A stretch of DNA of 64,000 nt from Pseudovirgaria hyperparasitica (lineage: Eukaryota), in assembly GCA_010093815.1 (NCBI GenBank), contig ML996570.1; one strand, 5' to 3'. The notes beneath the pieces were generated by a model. The model did no database searches, was not told where the DNA came from, and saw nothing but the letters and a program-made list of their open reading frames with translations. This document shows positions 1 to 11,803 of this stretch, one piece after another. The translations under genes and the position numbers were made by a program. Positions within the stretch are counted from its first letter, which is position 1. Each line of letters opens with the position of its first letter.

Positions 1-1639
1 AATTAGAGCGGGTATTAAGTAATCTAAATAAATATCTAAGAAACTAAGAAAACCCTTAAAGACTTAATTAAATCTACCTAGAATTCTAATATATTAGTAA
101 AGAAAGTTATAAGTATAAAAGGAAGCGCTATAGATCCGCTGTGGTTATTAAGGTAGAAACGATAATTAGATATAATCTACTTCTAAGGCTAACTCTATAT
201 ACTAGAAGGCGGCTTATAAATTAATATTTTAAGGGAATAGTATAATTATACGTTAGTAGAATACTTTAGTATTATAAGAATAGTTAATTTAATCTAAAGA
301 ACGTATAACTAGCTAGGTCTTTATAAATATATAAAGGACTATATAAAAATATATAACGTTTACTAGTATATAAAAGTATATAGATACTTACTATATAGTA
401 AATTAAGACTATTACCTATACTAAAGGAGGTATAGAGAGAATTATTAATAGATTTTATTATAGATCTACCCCTAAGTAAGTATTCTAGGTATATTTATAA
501 TAGTTTACTTATAGTTCTAGATAGATTTATAAATATATTATACTATATCTCTATAAGAAAGATAATCTAAGTACTAGATCTTATAGATATACTACTCTAT
601 AACGTAGTTTAGCTCTATAGTATACTAAATAGTATAGTTTTAGATAGAGGTCTATAGATAATATCTAAATTTTAGATAGATTTCTACTATATACTAGGAA
701 TTAAGCGGAAACTTAGTACTACGTTCTATCTATAAATAGATAGATAGATAGAGCGGTAGAATTAGATAGTTAAGGTATATTTATATATATATTATAACTA
801 TAAGTAGAATAACTAGGTAAGGTTAGTCTATATTATGGAATTCGTATATAATAATAGCTAATATATCTTAATCTATATAAGTCCGTTTAAAGTAAACTTT
901 GGTTAGAACTATAATATATAGTTCTTAGAGACTTAGTTTAAAGTAGAATAACCTAATATTAAAGTAATAGAAATTACTATAGAACTATTCTAAACGTAAA
1001 GAAGCGTTATAAAGTTACTATAAGATACTATGGATTATAGTAAATTATACTATAATAAGGGTAGAAAACCTATAATCTTTAATATTAGGGATAAAGTTTT
1101 ACTAAATAGTAAAAATATTTATAGTATTAGGCTAAAGAAGAAGCTTAACTATATAATAATAGATCTATATAAGATTACTTATATAATTAATAACTAGGCG
1201 TACGAGTTATAACTCCCTTCTATATTAAAGATATATAATATATTTTATATTATACTTCTTAACCTATTTTATATCTTATTATTACTAGATTATTCTAAAT
1301 AGATACTATATAAAGTAGTTATATAAGAAGGTATAGATATCTATAAAGTTAAGTAGATACTTAGCTAGTAACACGCCGAAGATAGTATATAGCTATATAA
1401 AATTTATTAGAAAGGATATAATCCTAATAAAGATACTTAGAAACCTATAATAAATATTCGTAAAGTAGTAATATTAGTATATAAGTAGTAATTAGTAAAG
1501 GAAGCCATAGAATTATAGAGAATTATACTAAAGTATAGTAATTTAATATTTTTTAGTATAGTTTAGCGCTAAGAACGGCCGCCTAAAAGGAAGAAGGTAA
1601 AAGAGATATAGATCTTTAAAATATTCTAAGGAATTAAGG

Positions 1640-1722
1640 AACTTCCTTAGAAAGTTTAAACTTAGAACTCCCTTAGAAAGTTCGAACTTAGAACTCTCTT
1701 AGAAAGTTTAAACTTAGAACTT
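1640..1722 (+). repeat. 26-bp tandem repeat (~3 copies) in the retroelement 3' region
   Basis: ttagaaag recurs at 1647, 1673 and 1699; unit approximately aactcccttagaaagttcgaacttag. Confidence 0.8.
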
Positions 1723-3485
1723 TAAAAAATTTAACTAAAAAAGAGACTTAGAAAAATAATTTACTAAGAGAAATAAATATTAAAGATCGGTACTAATTAG
1801 TATAGATCGGTATAGATTACTAAAGAGATTAAAGGAGTTATTATTAAAGAAAGATAAAATTAAGAAAGCTAAAAGAAAATATAAAGATCTATATAGATCT
1901 ATATAAACTTATACTAATCTATCTAGAAGAAGTAAGATTACTTTAAAATTAAAACCGAAAACTAAAAACACTAGATAAAAGAAATATATTAGTACTAATT
2001 AGTATAGATCTAAACTAATTAAGTTAGAGTAGAAGTAGAAGTACTAATTACTATAATAATTATATCTAATTCCTTCCGCTAGTTCTTATTTAGTATAGTA
2101 TAGAGCTTTATAATATAAGTCTCTAGCCTTTTATTCTAACACTATAAATTCTATATAGCGCGCCTTATAGCTATAAACTCCTCTATAGAAACCTATAGAG
2201 CAGTAGAACCTAAAATAGAGAGAGATAGACTAGCGTGGGTACGCTAAGAATTATATAAATTAGTAAAAAGATTTAATAATTAGTATAGAACTATATACCT
2301 TTAGTATAGAAACTTCTAGATTAGAGCTATCTTCCCTAAATTTATAGCTCTTTAGTACACGTAAGGAAGGAACCTTAGCCTTTTTATTAGAACCTTTTCT
2401 AGGAATTTTAATATCGCTAGTATATAGAAAGAAGTCTAAAGTAGTAGAGATTTTAGTACTATTATAGAGATTAATATATATTAGTAAGAATCTATAATAA
2501 TTTAAGAAAAATAATATTATCTAGTAATCGCGGTAATAATAGCTATAGTAGATTCTAATAAATTCTTATAGATTATATTTAAATTATACTCCTAGGTATA
2601 ACTCTTACCTTAGGTATATAGTTTATAGAAAGCCTTCTCTAAGGTATTATAATTAGTAGTACTACGCTCCTTATTAGTAGGGGTTACTAGAGATCTAGTA
2701 GTAATCTATACTAATATAAGTAAATCTATATAAAGTTCTTTAAACTTATTTAAATACCTATAAGTAATAACGCTTCTTAGTTATATAAGTACTATATATT
2801 ATAGATTTAGTACTACCGTAAGTAATATATAATAGAAAGTAATAACTATAATAATATATAGCTAGATTATTAGAGCCCGGCCTAGGTTAGAGTAGATTAA
2901 TAGCTTTTAATATATTAGTAACGTATACGAGATAGGGATTATTTAAAGATATCTATTTCTATACTAATTACTTTAGAGTATTAAGATTTTAGAAAACTAT
3001 ATTATAATTATTACTAATTTATATAGATTATTATAGATTATTATTATTACTAGCTAAATATAGTATAAAAATTAGTAAATTATATAAATTATACTAAATT
3101 ATAGTAAATCTATATAAATCTATATCTATAAGAATTAGATAATATATCTAATAATCTAAAAAACTCTATAAAGAGTTAAGAAGTTTTTTAAAGAAAGGAA
3201 TATTTCTAAGAAAAGATTTTAATATAGATAGTACCTAGACTTATCTAATTATATTACATAATACACTAGGCCTAATTAGATAATCTTACCTATATAAGAA
3301 TTTAAGATAGATAAAATCTAGTTTATTAGGAAAATACTTATATAAATCTTAGATTAGTAAATATTAGTAAATATCTAAGATAAAGTATAGAGAAAGACTA
3401 AGATCTTATAAGAGTTAGGATAGAGATATAGAGATAGATAATAATCTAGGTTACTAAGGGTAGCTTCCTAAAGGAAGGGGATAAT

Positions 3486-3699
3486 TATTAGAACTTAGCT
3501 TTAGATATAATCTAATCTATATATACCTTAGCTAATAGAGTTAGGAGGTGGCGTAAAGGGTAGTAAATAGTTATATACTAGATAGATCGGCGTCCCTTTA
3601 TATATATACTCTTAGATTTCTACCGAAAGGGTTTAGTAGTAATTCGTTCTATAATAGAATACACCCTATTATTCTATCTAACTATACTACTATCTAATA
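3486..3699 (+). repeat. 3' LTR (~214 bp) of the Gypsy element
   Basis: Starts 2 nt after the PPT with tattag (RIP-mutated TGTTAG) and ends with its exact reverse complement ctaata at 3694-3699. Confidence 0.7.
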
Positions 3700-5660
3700 A
3701 CCCTATTCTTACACGTTTTATCTATAAGATACTAAGTTCTATTAGTATAGGTCTATTATAGAATCCTTTATATAGGTAGTTTAGGGCCTTATTAATATAG
3801 CCCTTCTAAGTATCTCGTTTAAGTATAGGTTAAAAGATCTTTTTTCCTCTTTTCTTATAGTATCTTTTATATAGTTGGTTATTAATCTAGACTATAAGCT
3901 TAATATATTCCTAGAGGTTAGTAGAACGGTCCCTCTCCCTAGAGATTTCATTCTTAATATTATTATATAATCTAGTATAGAACTAGAGAATTAGGATTTT
4001 ATTATTCTATTCTAACTAACTAGAGATTTATTAGAATTTAGAGGTATAGTTAGATATAGATTTTATCTAGACTATTTACTAGATCTATCTCTTAGCTATC
4101 CTTTATTTATCTATATCTCTAAAGGTTATCTTAATATATTCCTCGAATTCTTTAAAATATTTAAAGATCTTAATAGTATTATTCTATTAATTCTATAGAT
4201 TATTTTCTATAAAGTCCCTTAAGTAGGGTTTAAACTAAGTAAGTATATCTCCCTTTAGTAGTTCTATAGTAAATATAACTTATTCTTCTAGGTCCTAGAT
4301 TTAATAGGCCTAGAGGTATATTCTAATCTATATTAGAAATCCTTAGAGTTTACTTTACTTACCTTTAAAAGATTCTAGGATTTTTCTTTTAAAGCCCTTC
4401 TTAGCTTTTCTAAGTTTAATATTTTCCCTCCGGAGCTCCACGACTTACTCCCATAGTTCTATAATAAGGTATCTAACTTATTCTATAGTCGGGGCTTATA
4501 GGGCGGTTTATAAAGATAAGGACTATCTATTATTTACTATTTTATATTTAAATAGATAGCGTAAATACTTACTTTAGAGTCTAAGTAGAAGTAATTAAAC
4601 TATAATAAACCTTCTCTAATAAGGACGTAGCTTATCCCTAAAGTAGTCTATTATATAGAGTATTCTAGCTTTTCTAAAGGTAAAGATACTTAGAGAGCTT
4701 AGAAGAGTATAAGTAGGTTTATAATAAGTATTAATAGGGTATAAATAGTAACTAGCTAGTAGGCGAGTAAAGTAGTAATTATATTAGTATAAGTTTAAAT
4801 TAATTACTATAGAACTATCTCTAGAGATTAGGTCTAAAGAGTCTATATAGTTCTACTAAGGTCCTCTAATTAGAATACTTATTCTAAGCGTTTAGTATAT
4901 TACTTAGAATACTAATATTCTATTTCTAATTACCTAGTAGGCTACTTAGAATACCTATTCTAAGTACCTATAATTAGCTCTCCCTATAGGTATCTATCTT
5001 ATCCTTAGGTTATTATCTAAGGCTATCTATTATATTATAGGCACCTCTTCTACGTGTTATACTATCTCTTATACTACTTATACTAGAGTCTACGTATTCC
5101 TCTATGGCTCTAGCTAGTAATTTATTATAATATACTATCTAGTATTGAATCTTATCTATAAGGGTATCCGTAAGTAGAATTCTCTCTATCTTAGTTATCT
5201 ATAGTATTTTACGCCTTTAGTTATTTTTTTATTTTTTAGATAGTAGTTTAGTTATTCTAGAATATACTACTATATAGCTATTTCTATTATACTAGTAGTA
5301 GAGGTATACCTAGTAGAAGCTAGGGTATATTAGTACCTAAGGCTACTATAATTATTAGTTAAGGGCTACCCTTAACTAATAAAGAGGGTTAGTATATTAG
5401 TATTTATTAGTAGTAGTCTATACTTATTACTCTAAAGAGTTTTTAAGTATATATATATAGTATCTCTATATATTAGTACTATTATATATTATATACTATA
5501 TATATATATATATATATATTAAAAGTTATTATACTTAGTATACTCTATTAATTAATGTCTATAGATTACTATATCGCTCTAACTTAACTAGTTTTAGTTA
5601 CTTAGAGTATAAGAAGTTTAAAAAGATATATTTTTTAGTATAGTTTAGTACTCTAATTGT
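3700..5660. mobile_element. Further RIP-degenerated repeat relics, family not identifiable
   Basis: Same TpA-rich, CpA-free composition, no ORFs, (TA)n run near 5496-5519; composition normalises at ~5.7 kb. Confidence 0.65.
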
Positions 5661-6115
5661 AACATATAGACTCTTGTAAGAAAGTAGAGAGATTTGATAG
5701 ACACACGTGGGTAAAACTAGAAGAACGCTAAGAAAGTCAGGTTCTAGGAAAACGACGGATAATCTCAAAAAGGCTAGCGTGCGGCACAGTACAATAAGGC
5801 ACGAAATGCACAGGCACGAATGCTGGCTGCGTTAATTCCTGCACATATTTCTAGCACAATCGTTCGGCGCTTCTACAATCAATCCAGATCACTCAGCGGT
5901 TAAATCTCGATGCTGAATGGTTGCTAGCCTTATTCTCATAGTATCATGAAACGCCATGTACAACAATAGATGTTATTCAAACCTACGCCGTACAGCATGC
6001 GAAATAAGCGCCTTGAGCAAATCTGTGATAATGCTGGTGCTCCCATGGCATCGATAGCATATTTTGCGCCTCGCACATTACCCTCAACTGCGTTGAAATC
6101 ACCATCACGTCCTCA

Positions 6116-7035
6116 ATGAGAGGTCTACTTGTCTTTTCCTTCCTTCTCCTTTTCCAATATGTTCCAATGGCTGGGGCTGAGGATGGGCCTTGTGATCCAG
6201 ACGTTGATCCATTGAATTGTTTCCTGAACCCGCCTGCCGCGATAGGGAAGCCTCGAGACTATGAAAATAACTCGAGGTATTATCGCGGGTCGATTCTTCA
6301 GATTATATACTATAATACTATGAATTACTCCTACGACATCATCATTTATCAGGAGGGAACACCACAAGGGGATACCATATTTCGTATGTCAAGTTGGTGA
6401 GATTGTCTATGACAAAGCTGACTTCAAAAGAAAATATCGAGGACCAAGGCACAATCCGGAAGAACTGGAAGGTTGACACTCAAGAAGACCTCGCCAGGGG
6501 CAATGTATTTTTCTTCAGCGTCCTCAAGCGCGACGGGAGCGGCAATCTTGTTAATTCAGCATATTTCAACATTTCGGAGCCAGACCCCGAGACCGCAGTT
6601 TCAAGTACGGTCTTGACCTCCACTATGCAGAGCAATATGGCAACCGAAGCACCACAGACCCTGAGCCTCAATACTCAACCCACCACAATTACCTCGACAA
6701 CAATATCCCGACCGGCAACTACGTCGAGCTTGCCCCTTCTATCAAGCCAACCTGTCCTAGCGACCGCGACGAAAGTTGGCATGGGCGTTGGTCTAGGTTT
6801 AGGGGTGCCTCTGATGGGACTGCTGGGCGTGGGCATCTTCTATATGGGCCGTAGGTCGAAACGTCGTGCTAGGGAGACTCAGAATACGTACCAACAGGGA
6901 TATGGGTATCCGCCAGTATATCATGAAAGTCGGAGGACACAATATCATAGTGCGTGGGAGATGCCAGCAGAGGTACCAATCTCGGAGGCACCACCTAAGA
7001 GGTATACCATTCAGGAGTTGGAGCATGTCGAATGA
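6116..7035 (+). CDS. Single-pass type I membrane protein (signal peptide, Ser/Thr-rich stalk, TM helix, cytoplasmic tail; Mid2/SKG6-like architecture)
   Basis: ORFs 6116 and 6394 join in frame through intron 6384-6430 (GTATGT..GCTGAC..AAG). Hydrophobic N-terminus, SAYFNI motif, S/T-rich region, VGMGVGLGLGVPLMGLLGVGIFY followed by RRSKRR, tail with EMPA. Confidence 0.8.
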
Positions 7036-7299
7036 GTCGTGGGGTAGTTGTCTGAATAAAGCTTTGACTTCTTGGATCTAGAGTGGCGAGTCTCGTAAGA
7101 GATAGCATGGTTGTTCTTCCACCTATATCCCATCAGCTAAATGTTTGGAGCAACATGGGAAGTGCTGTACTAATAGTACTAAATCTCAGAATTATGGCCC
7201 GGGCCCGCATGAACGAATAAGAGCATTCAGATATGCTTGCATTGATCTACTCTATAACTGTTAGTGACTTACTAGGTGTAGCGGAGAAGAAATGTCGAC

Positions 7300-7812
7300 A
7301 AGGGCCAGTTTCGTCTTTTAGCACCCGTGCACGCGTGTTCTCAACCCAATCTTCCTAAATAGAGCTTTTTCTACTTCTATATCTAAACCTTAGTATATAA
7401 GAGAATTAAAAGGAGATATAATAGATAGTTATATATATTCATATCTATCTATAAGTTTCTCTTATCTAACTAAAAACTCTTTAAAAGGGATAGAAGAGAA
7501 TCTTTTAATATTCTTAGAAGTTATTAGAAGAGAGCCCGTATAAAAACTATAATTACTAGGTTCTAGGAAAACCACCTTCTTCCTCTTTTTTAAGAAATTA
7601 AACCCTCTTATTATAGAGTAGATTAGAGAGTATAGAGCTTAAGAAGTGTATAGAATTTATTACCTTACTCTAAGTCTATATTAATATTTTAATAAGTAGA
7701 CTCTTATATAGAGGTAGAGAGTAAAATAGCTACCTTATTACGATGTGTGAATACATGCGTGAAAATGAAAAATGCCAAGAGAGTCATGTTCTAGGCAAAC
7801 GACGAATTGTCC
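7300..7812. mobile_element. Small RIP-mutated AT-rich relic, possibly a non-autonomous DNA transposon
   Basis: About 400 bp of TpA-rich sequence (7355-7740) inside normal-GC DNA. Its right end (gttctaggcaaacgacg) resembles 5741-5757 (gttctaggaaaacgacg). Confidence 0.5.
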
Positions 7813-8005
7813 GTCAACCTGATCGGGTCGGATCAGCCCCCGACCTGACTTAGCGCGCGCTTCTCGACCAACAAACCTGTAGCCTTAGGCTTGTTACCTG
7901 TGTGCATAAACATCCTCAATCAAACTGCAGCCATTCAGAAGCTTCTCAGCCTGACAGGCTTTCCCCTCATCTTCACCTCTCTTATGGGGACTGTCATCTT
8001 CTACT

Positions 8006-9392
8006 ATGTCACGCGTCTTCACTCACAATTTTAGGCGAATTGCACCTCTTTGTCTCACAGTAATATCTCTATACTACTTATACGTGCATGTCCCCACCGG
8101 CGAAATAATCCACGATAAAACGATACTGTATCTCCCAACGTCGACATGCGACATCACGCCATCGTTGCAGGAGGTCTTTGTGATGGTCAAGACGGGTGCC
8201 TGTGAAGACTATGAAAGACTGATCACTCAAAGCAAGACGTCGCTCCAATGCGTCCCATCGAGTTCGATAGCCTACTACTCGGATCTAGAAGAACAAGTTG
8301 GAAGCATACATTTACGCGACACATTCAATGGATCAGTGGATCAATGGTATATCGATACTGATGACGAGTTCATTCTGTACAAGAAAATGCTGGAGCAAGG
8401 AAGCTGCAAAGGCATCACGAAAGAGGATATGCAAGCTGCGGACCCTCGCAAAGGCCTCAACGGCAACAATGACAACAGAGGCTGGAACTTGGACAAATGG
8501 AAGTTTCTACCAATGGCAGATATCACTTACTCATTGCAATCAAACAAGAAGTGGTATATCGAAATCGAGGTTGACACCTATCCAATCTGGCGCAACGTGT
8601 TTAATTTCCTTGCCAACTTGGACCACGAACATGATTACTATATTGGATCGCCAATGTTCGTTGCTGGCGTAGCATTCATATATGGGGGCAGCGGAGCGAT
8701 CATATCGCAATCTGCCATGCGCAAAGTAGTTGATCACATCCGCGAGAACACAACAGACCTCCAGAAGTTTACGCACGACAATTGGGCTGGCGACCATGTC
8801 ATGGGGAAGACTCTGAAGGATGTCGGCGTTGGACATACAACCATGTCTCGCGAGTTTGTGAGAGACAGTACTATTGGTGCGGATTATTCATTTCACTGGT
8901 GCACTGCAGCCCTCTCGTTCCACCATGTGACTGCAGAGGAGGCAGTAGCCTTTCACGAATTTGAAACCCAGTGGTTTGGCAAGGTAGGCTCACGGTATAA
9001 TCTTCAAAGTTACAGACTACAGAGTACTGACTTTGTACCAGTTCTCAACGCAAATAATGCGACACAAGGACATATTTCATGGATATATCTTGCCGCAGCT
9101 CGAAGGTCTCTCTACCGAGATAGATTGGGATAACAACGCACGGGACGATGCCAGCAACCATCCGCATTTCAATAGCACCTTCGAATCTTGCAAAGAGATC
9201 TGTCTCGCCGCCTCAGATTGCGTTCAATATCGATTCGCGTATGGCAAATGCTACACTACCAAGTTCCCTCAAATTGGCCGGAGAGAACCTTATAGCCGAT
9301 CTGGATGGCTTCCAGATAGAGCGAGGAAGTGGGCAGATGATCACAAGCCATGTACTCGCAATGATGAGGAGTGGAGTCCTCACAACCAATAG
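8006..9392 (+). CDS. Glycosyltransferase family 31 (Fringe-like/beta-1,3-galactosyltransferase-like), type II membrane protein, ~442 aa
   Basis: N-terminal TM anchor; motifs VMVKTGA, GWNLDKWKFLPM, KWYIEIEVDTY, YIGSP, YGGSG, WAGD, SFHH; Cys-rich C-terminus. Intron 8984-9041 joins ORFs 8006 and 9033 in frame. Confidence 0.85.
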
Positions 9393-10565
9393 CTTCACCG
9401 ACGTCGCAAGCCTATTCACACAAGACAGGGCTCAGACATGAACTCATATGACAGAGAACGATATAGCACCAAGAGGATCTATCCTGGCTGAGGGCTGGTC
9501 TGCCCTATGAATATGGAAGTATACCTGGGTCGCCAAACATTGGCCGGACACCATGGATCTTTCACAAAACGGCACTGATTATAATCGACTACCCCTGCAT
9601 ATGGAAGTCCACGGTCTCAGCGGTATCAGTAACACGACGAAGATATCTCTAGAGACGGGGAAATTAGTGACTTTGGTGAAGACCCTGTCTATACGTGTTT
9701 CACCTTCACGGGGAACAGCGGTGAACAAACGTGGAACTGTATGATCTGCTAGCGGATGGAACGTCCAGCTCTTTAATTGATCAGTCTCTGTGCCTACCAG
9801 GGAAGTTTCTGGAGTTCCACCACTCATACCTGTCCCTAACATGTCCGTTAGTGTCGATACTCCATCTTCCATGTATCCATATCCATTCAGACCCGATGGC
9901 ATTGTTGCCATTAGCGGTTACTCTTTCGTGCACAGCTTCAGCCACCCCCTAGACTTCTCTTAAGTCCTTGTTGGAGTTTATGCGTTCTATGGTCCCGATT
10001 TTGAACCGGAGAGGCAATGATTGTGCTTCCGTCGAAATTCGCGCATGGGGTAGTCGGTATTTTTAGAGCGAGGTACATAAAGGTGAAAACATATCGCGGT
10101 ACACATGGTGGAACCGGAGACGAACGAATGCATTCGATGCTAGACAGGCAACGGAACTGATTTGCGTGCCATGCGTAAGTCCATGACAGTTCTATTGTGT
10201 ATGGAGTATCTTAGAAACTGTCGGCCCGAGCAACATGTCTTACCACATTCGCACCAAGTATCACCGGATGGCTTTGCGTATATAGAAACTACATGCTTGA
10301 AGAGAACTACGAAGACAGAAAGACGGGAAGACATGACGACTGGTTGTGGAATTGACGACTTTTAACCATGTTGTGTCCTAGGGATGATATGGTTACTTGT
10401 GGAGCAAATGTTGTGTTGAGACTTATGTTGCGAACTTGATGCAGGACTCGCATAATGCTGTAGCATGTAGTGTATATGATTGACAAGTGTCACAACGCCA
10501 GCGCCATCACTTCACATACGTTGCCACGCTACTATACAACTCTGTCATGACGACGCTGCATGACA

Positions 10566-11803
10566 TTAGAGAGCCGCACAGACAAGTAACAAGAATAATA
10601 GCTTGATCAGACCGCCCTTCTTCTGGCGCTGCTCAGCCTCCCTTTCCACATGTTCCGTGTCAGGCCCTACTACCACGCTCTTCTCCAACCCTCCGATCGT
10701 TACTGTGAGAGACTACCGCGCGCTGTTCCGCGTCGCACGTTGCTGCATCATTGCACAAGTGAAGTTGGTGAGGTGTGTGAGTGTTGTGTCTGTCCGCTTA
10801 GGGAGATTGAAGGCGATGGGTCCATCAGCACGTTCTAGTGGGGGTCAGAGTGGTGATGAGGGAGTATGTTATTACCGTACTGACCTATATACCAGCCTTG
10901 CGCATGGAACGCGCTTAGGGCAATATATGCAATGCCATGCTTCGATTCAATCGTCGCTCGCACGACTGGATAGAGACCCTTCAGGTCGTAGTCTATATCG
11001 TCGTCCGGCCATAGGATGACATATGACCCTTTTACGCCAAGAGCAACCTGTCTAGGTCGTTGTCCCTGTAGTCTAGACCGGGCATCGAGGAGCTTTTCGA
11101 TTTGATATGGAAGACCATGCGAGATGGTGCTATGGGATGATGTTGCATAGTAGGAGTCCTTCTCGCCGAATGTAACCACTGTTTGATGACCTATGGCGTC
11201 CATGGTGAGCGGGAGGGTTGATGTCCATTCTGACCACTTCATTTGCGACTCGGACTCTGCCTACACGTAAACACTTGCAATGATCGTGAGAGGAGAAAAG
11301 AGATGGCGTACGTTTCGCTTTGTGCGTTTTGACCGAGTATGTGCCGTCAGCATACGACCATGATGGCGAGCCGCTGTAGTCTAATCCGGCGATGAAGTAG
11401 CGACGGTTTCGGCCAAAAGATAGAGCCAAAGGAATGGCAATGTCTGCATCTTTCAGACCAGTAGGAGCAGAACTGTGGAGAGATGAGCGCGAGTGGTTTC
11501 GAAAAGGATTGTGTATATGTACTAGAGAGAATGAGTCCAGCAGGAGAAGTAGTAAAAGTAATCTGGACCGAACGCGAAAGTAGCAGTCGCAGCCTTGAAT
11601 CTTGCATAAGGCCTTTCAGATTTCGTTATCATGCTATGTAGATATTCAACTATACTGCTGCCTGTGCCTTTCAGGTGCGATATATCGGTAGTGTCATGTA
11701 CAGTCTTGGCATTGTCAGCCTTCTCTACGGCGTCGTAGGCGGGCGGATGTGCACCGCTCTCCTCATCTAGTATGCTCTCATCTGTGGCACTGTCAGAGTC
11801 CAT
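10566..11803 (-). CDS. Multi-exon uncharacterised repeat protein with an in-frame TAG at 10713-10715 (real end, premature stop or readthrough)
   Basis: Three introns (11473-11522, ~11260-11310, ~10835-10884) join ORFs 11522, 11130 and 10835. Repeats FAFGPDYFYYF, LSFGRNRRYFI, VTFGEKDSYYA, VALGVKGSYVI, IALSAFHAQGWYI. Confidence 0.6.

Larger units (their letters stand above)
1..3699 (+). mobile_element. RIP-degenerated Ty3/Gypsy chromovirus LTR retrotransposon, 3' portion (integrase, chromodomain, long 3' region, PPT, 3' LTR); runs off the window start
   Basis: Extreme TpA excess and CpA/TpG depletion (RIP signature). Back-correcting C>T/G>A changes recovers the integrase HHCC zinc finger (~200-400), the core motifs DFITDLP, VxDRF, SIVSDRG, KLSTxFHPQTDGQTER (~430-900) and a chromodomain-like YEVExIL...WKGY...DTWEP (~1340-1460). 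Polypurine tract aaggaaggggataa at 3471-3484 precedes the LTR. Confidence 0.85.

Noticed and set aside
1640..1722. 26-bp repeats as a CRISPR-like array
   Set aside because: Head-to-tail with no spacers, inside a eukaryotic retrotransposon.
9553..10050. Short overlapping ORFs downstream of GT31
   Set aside because: Fragmentary with stops; possibly a decayed gene, but no family could be assigned.
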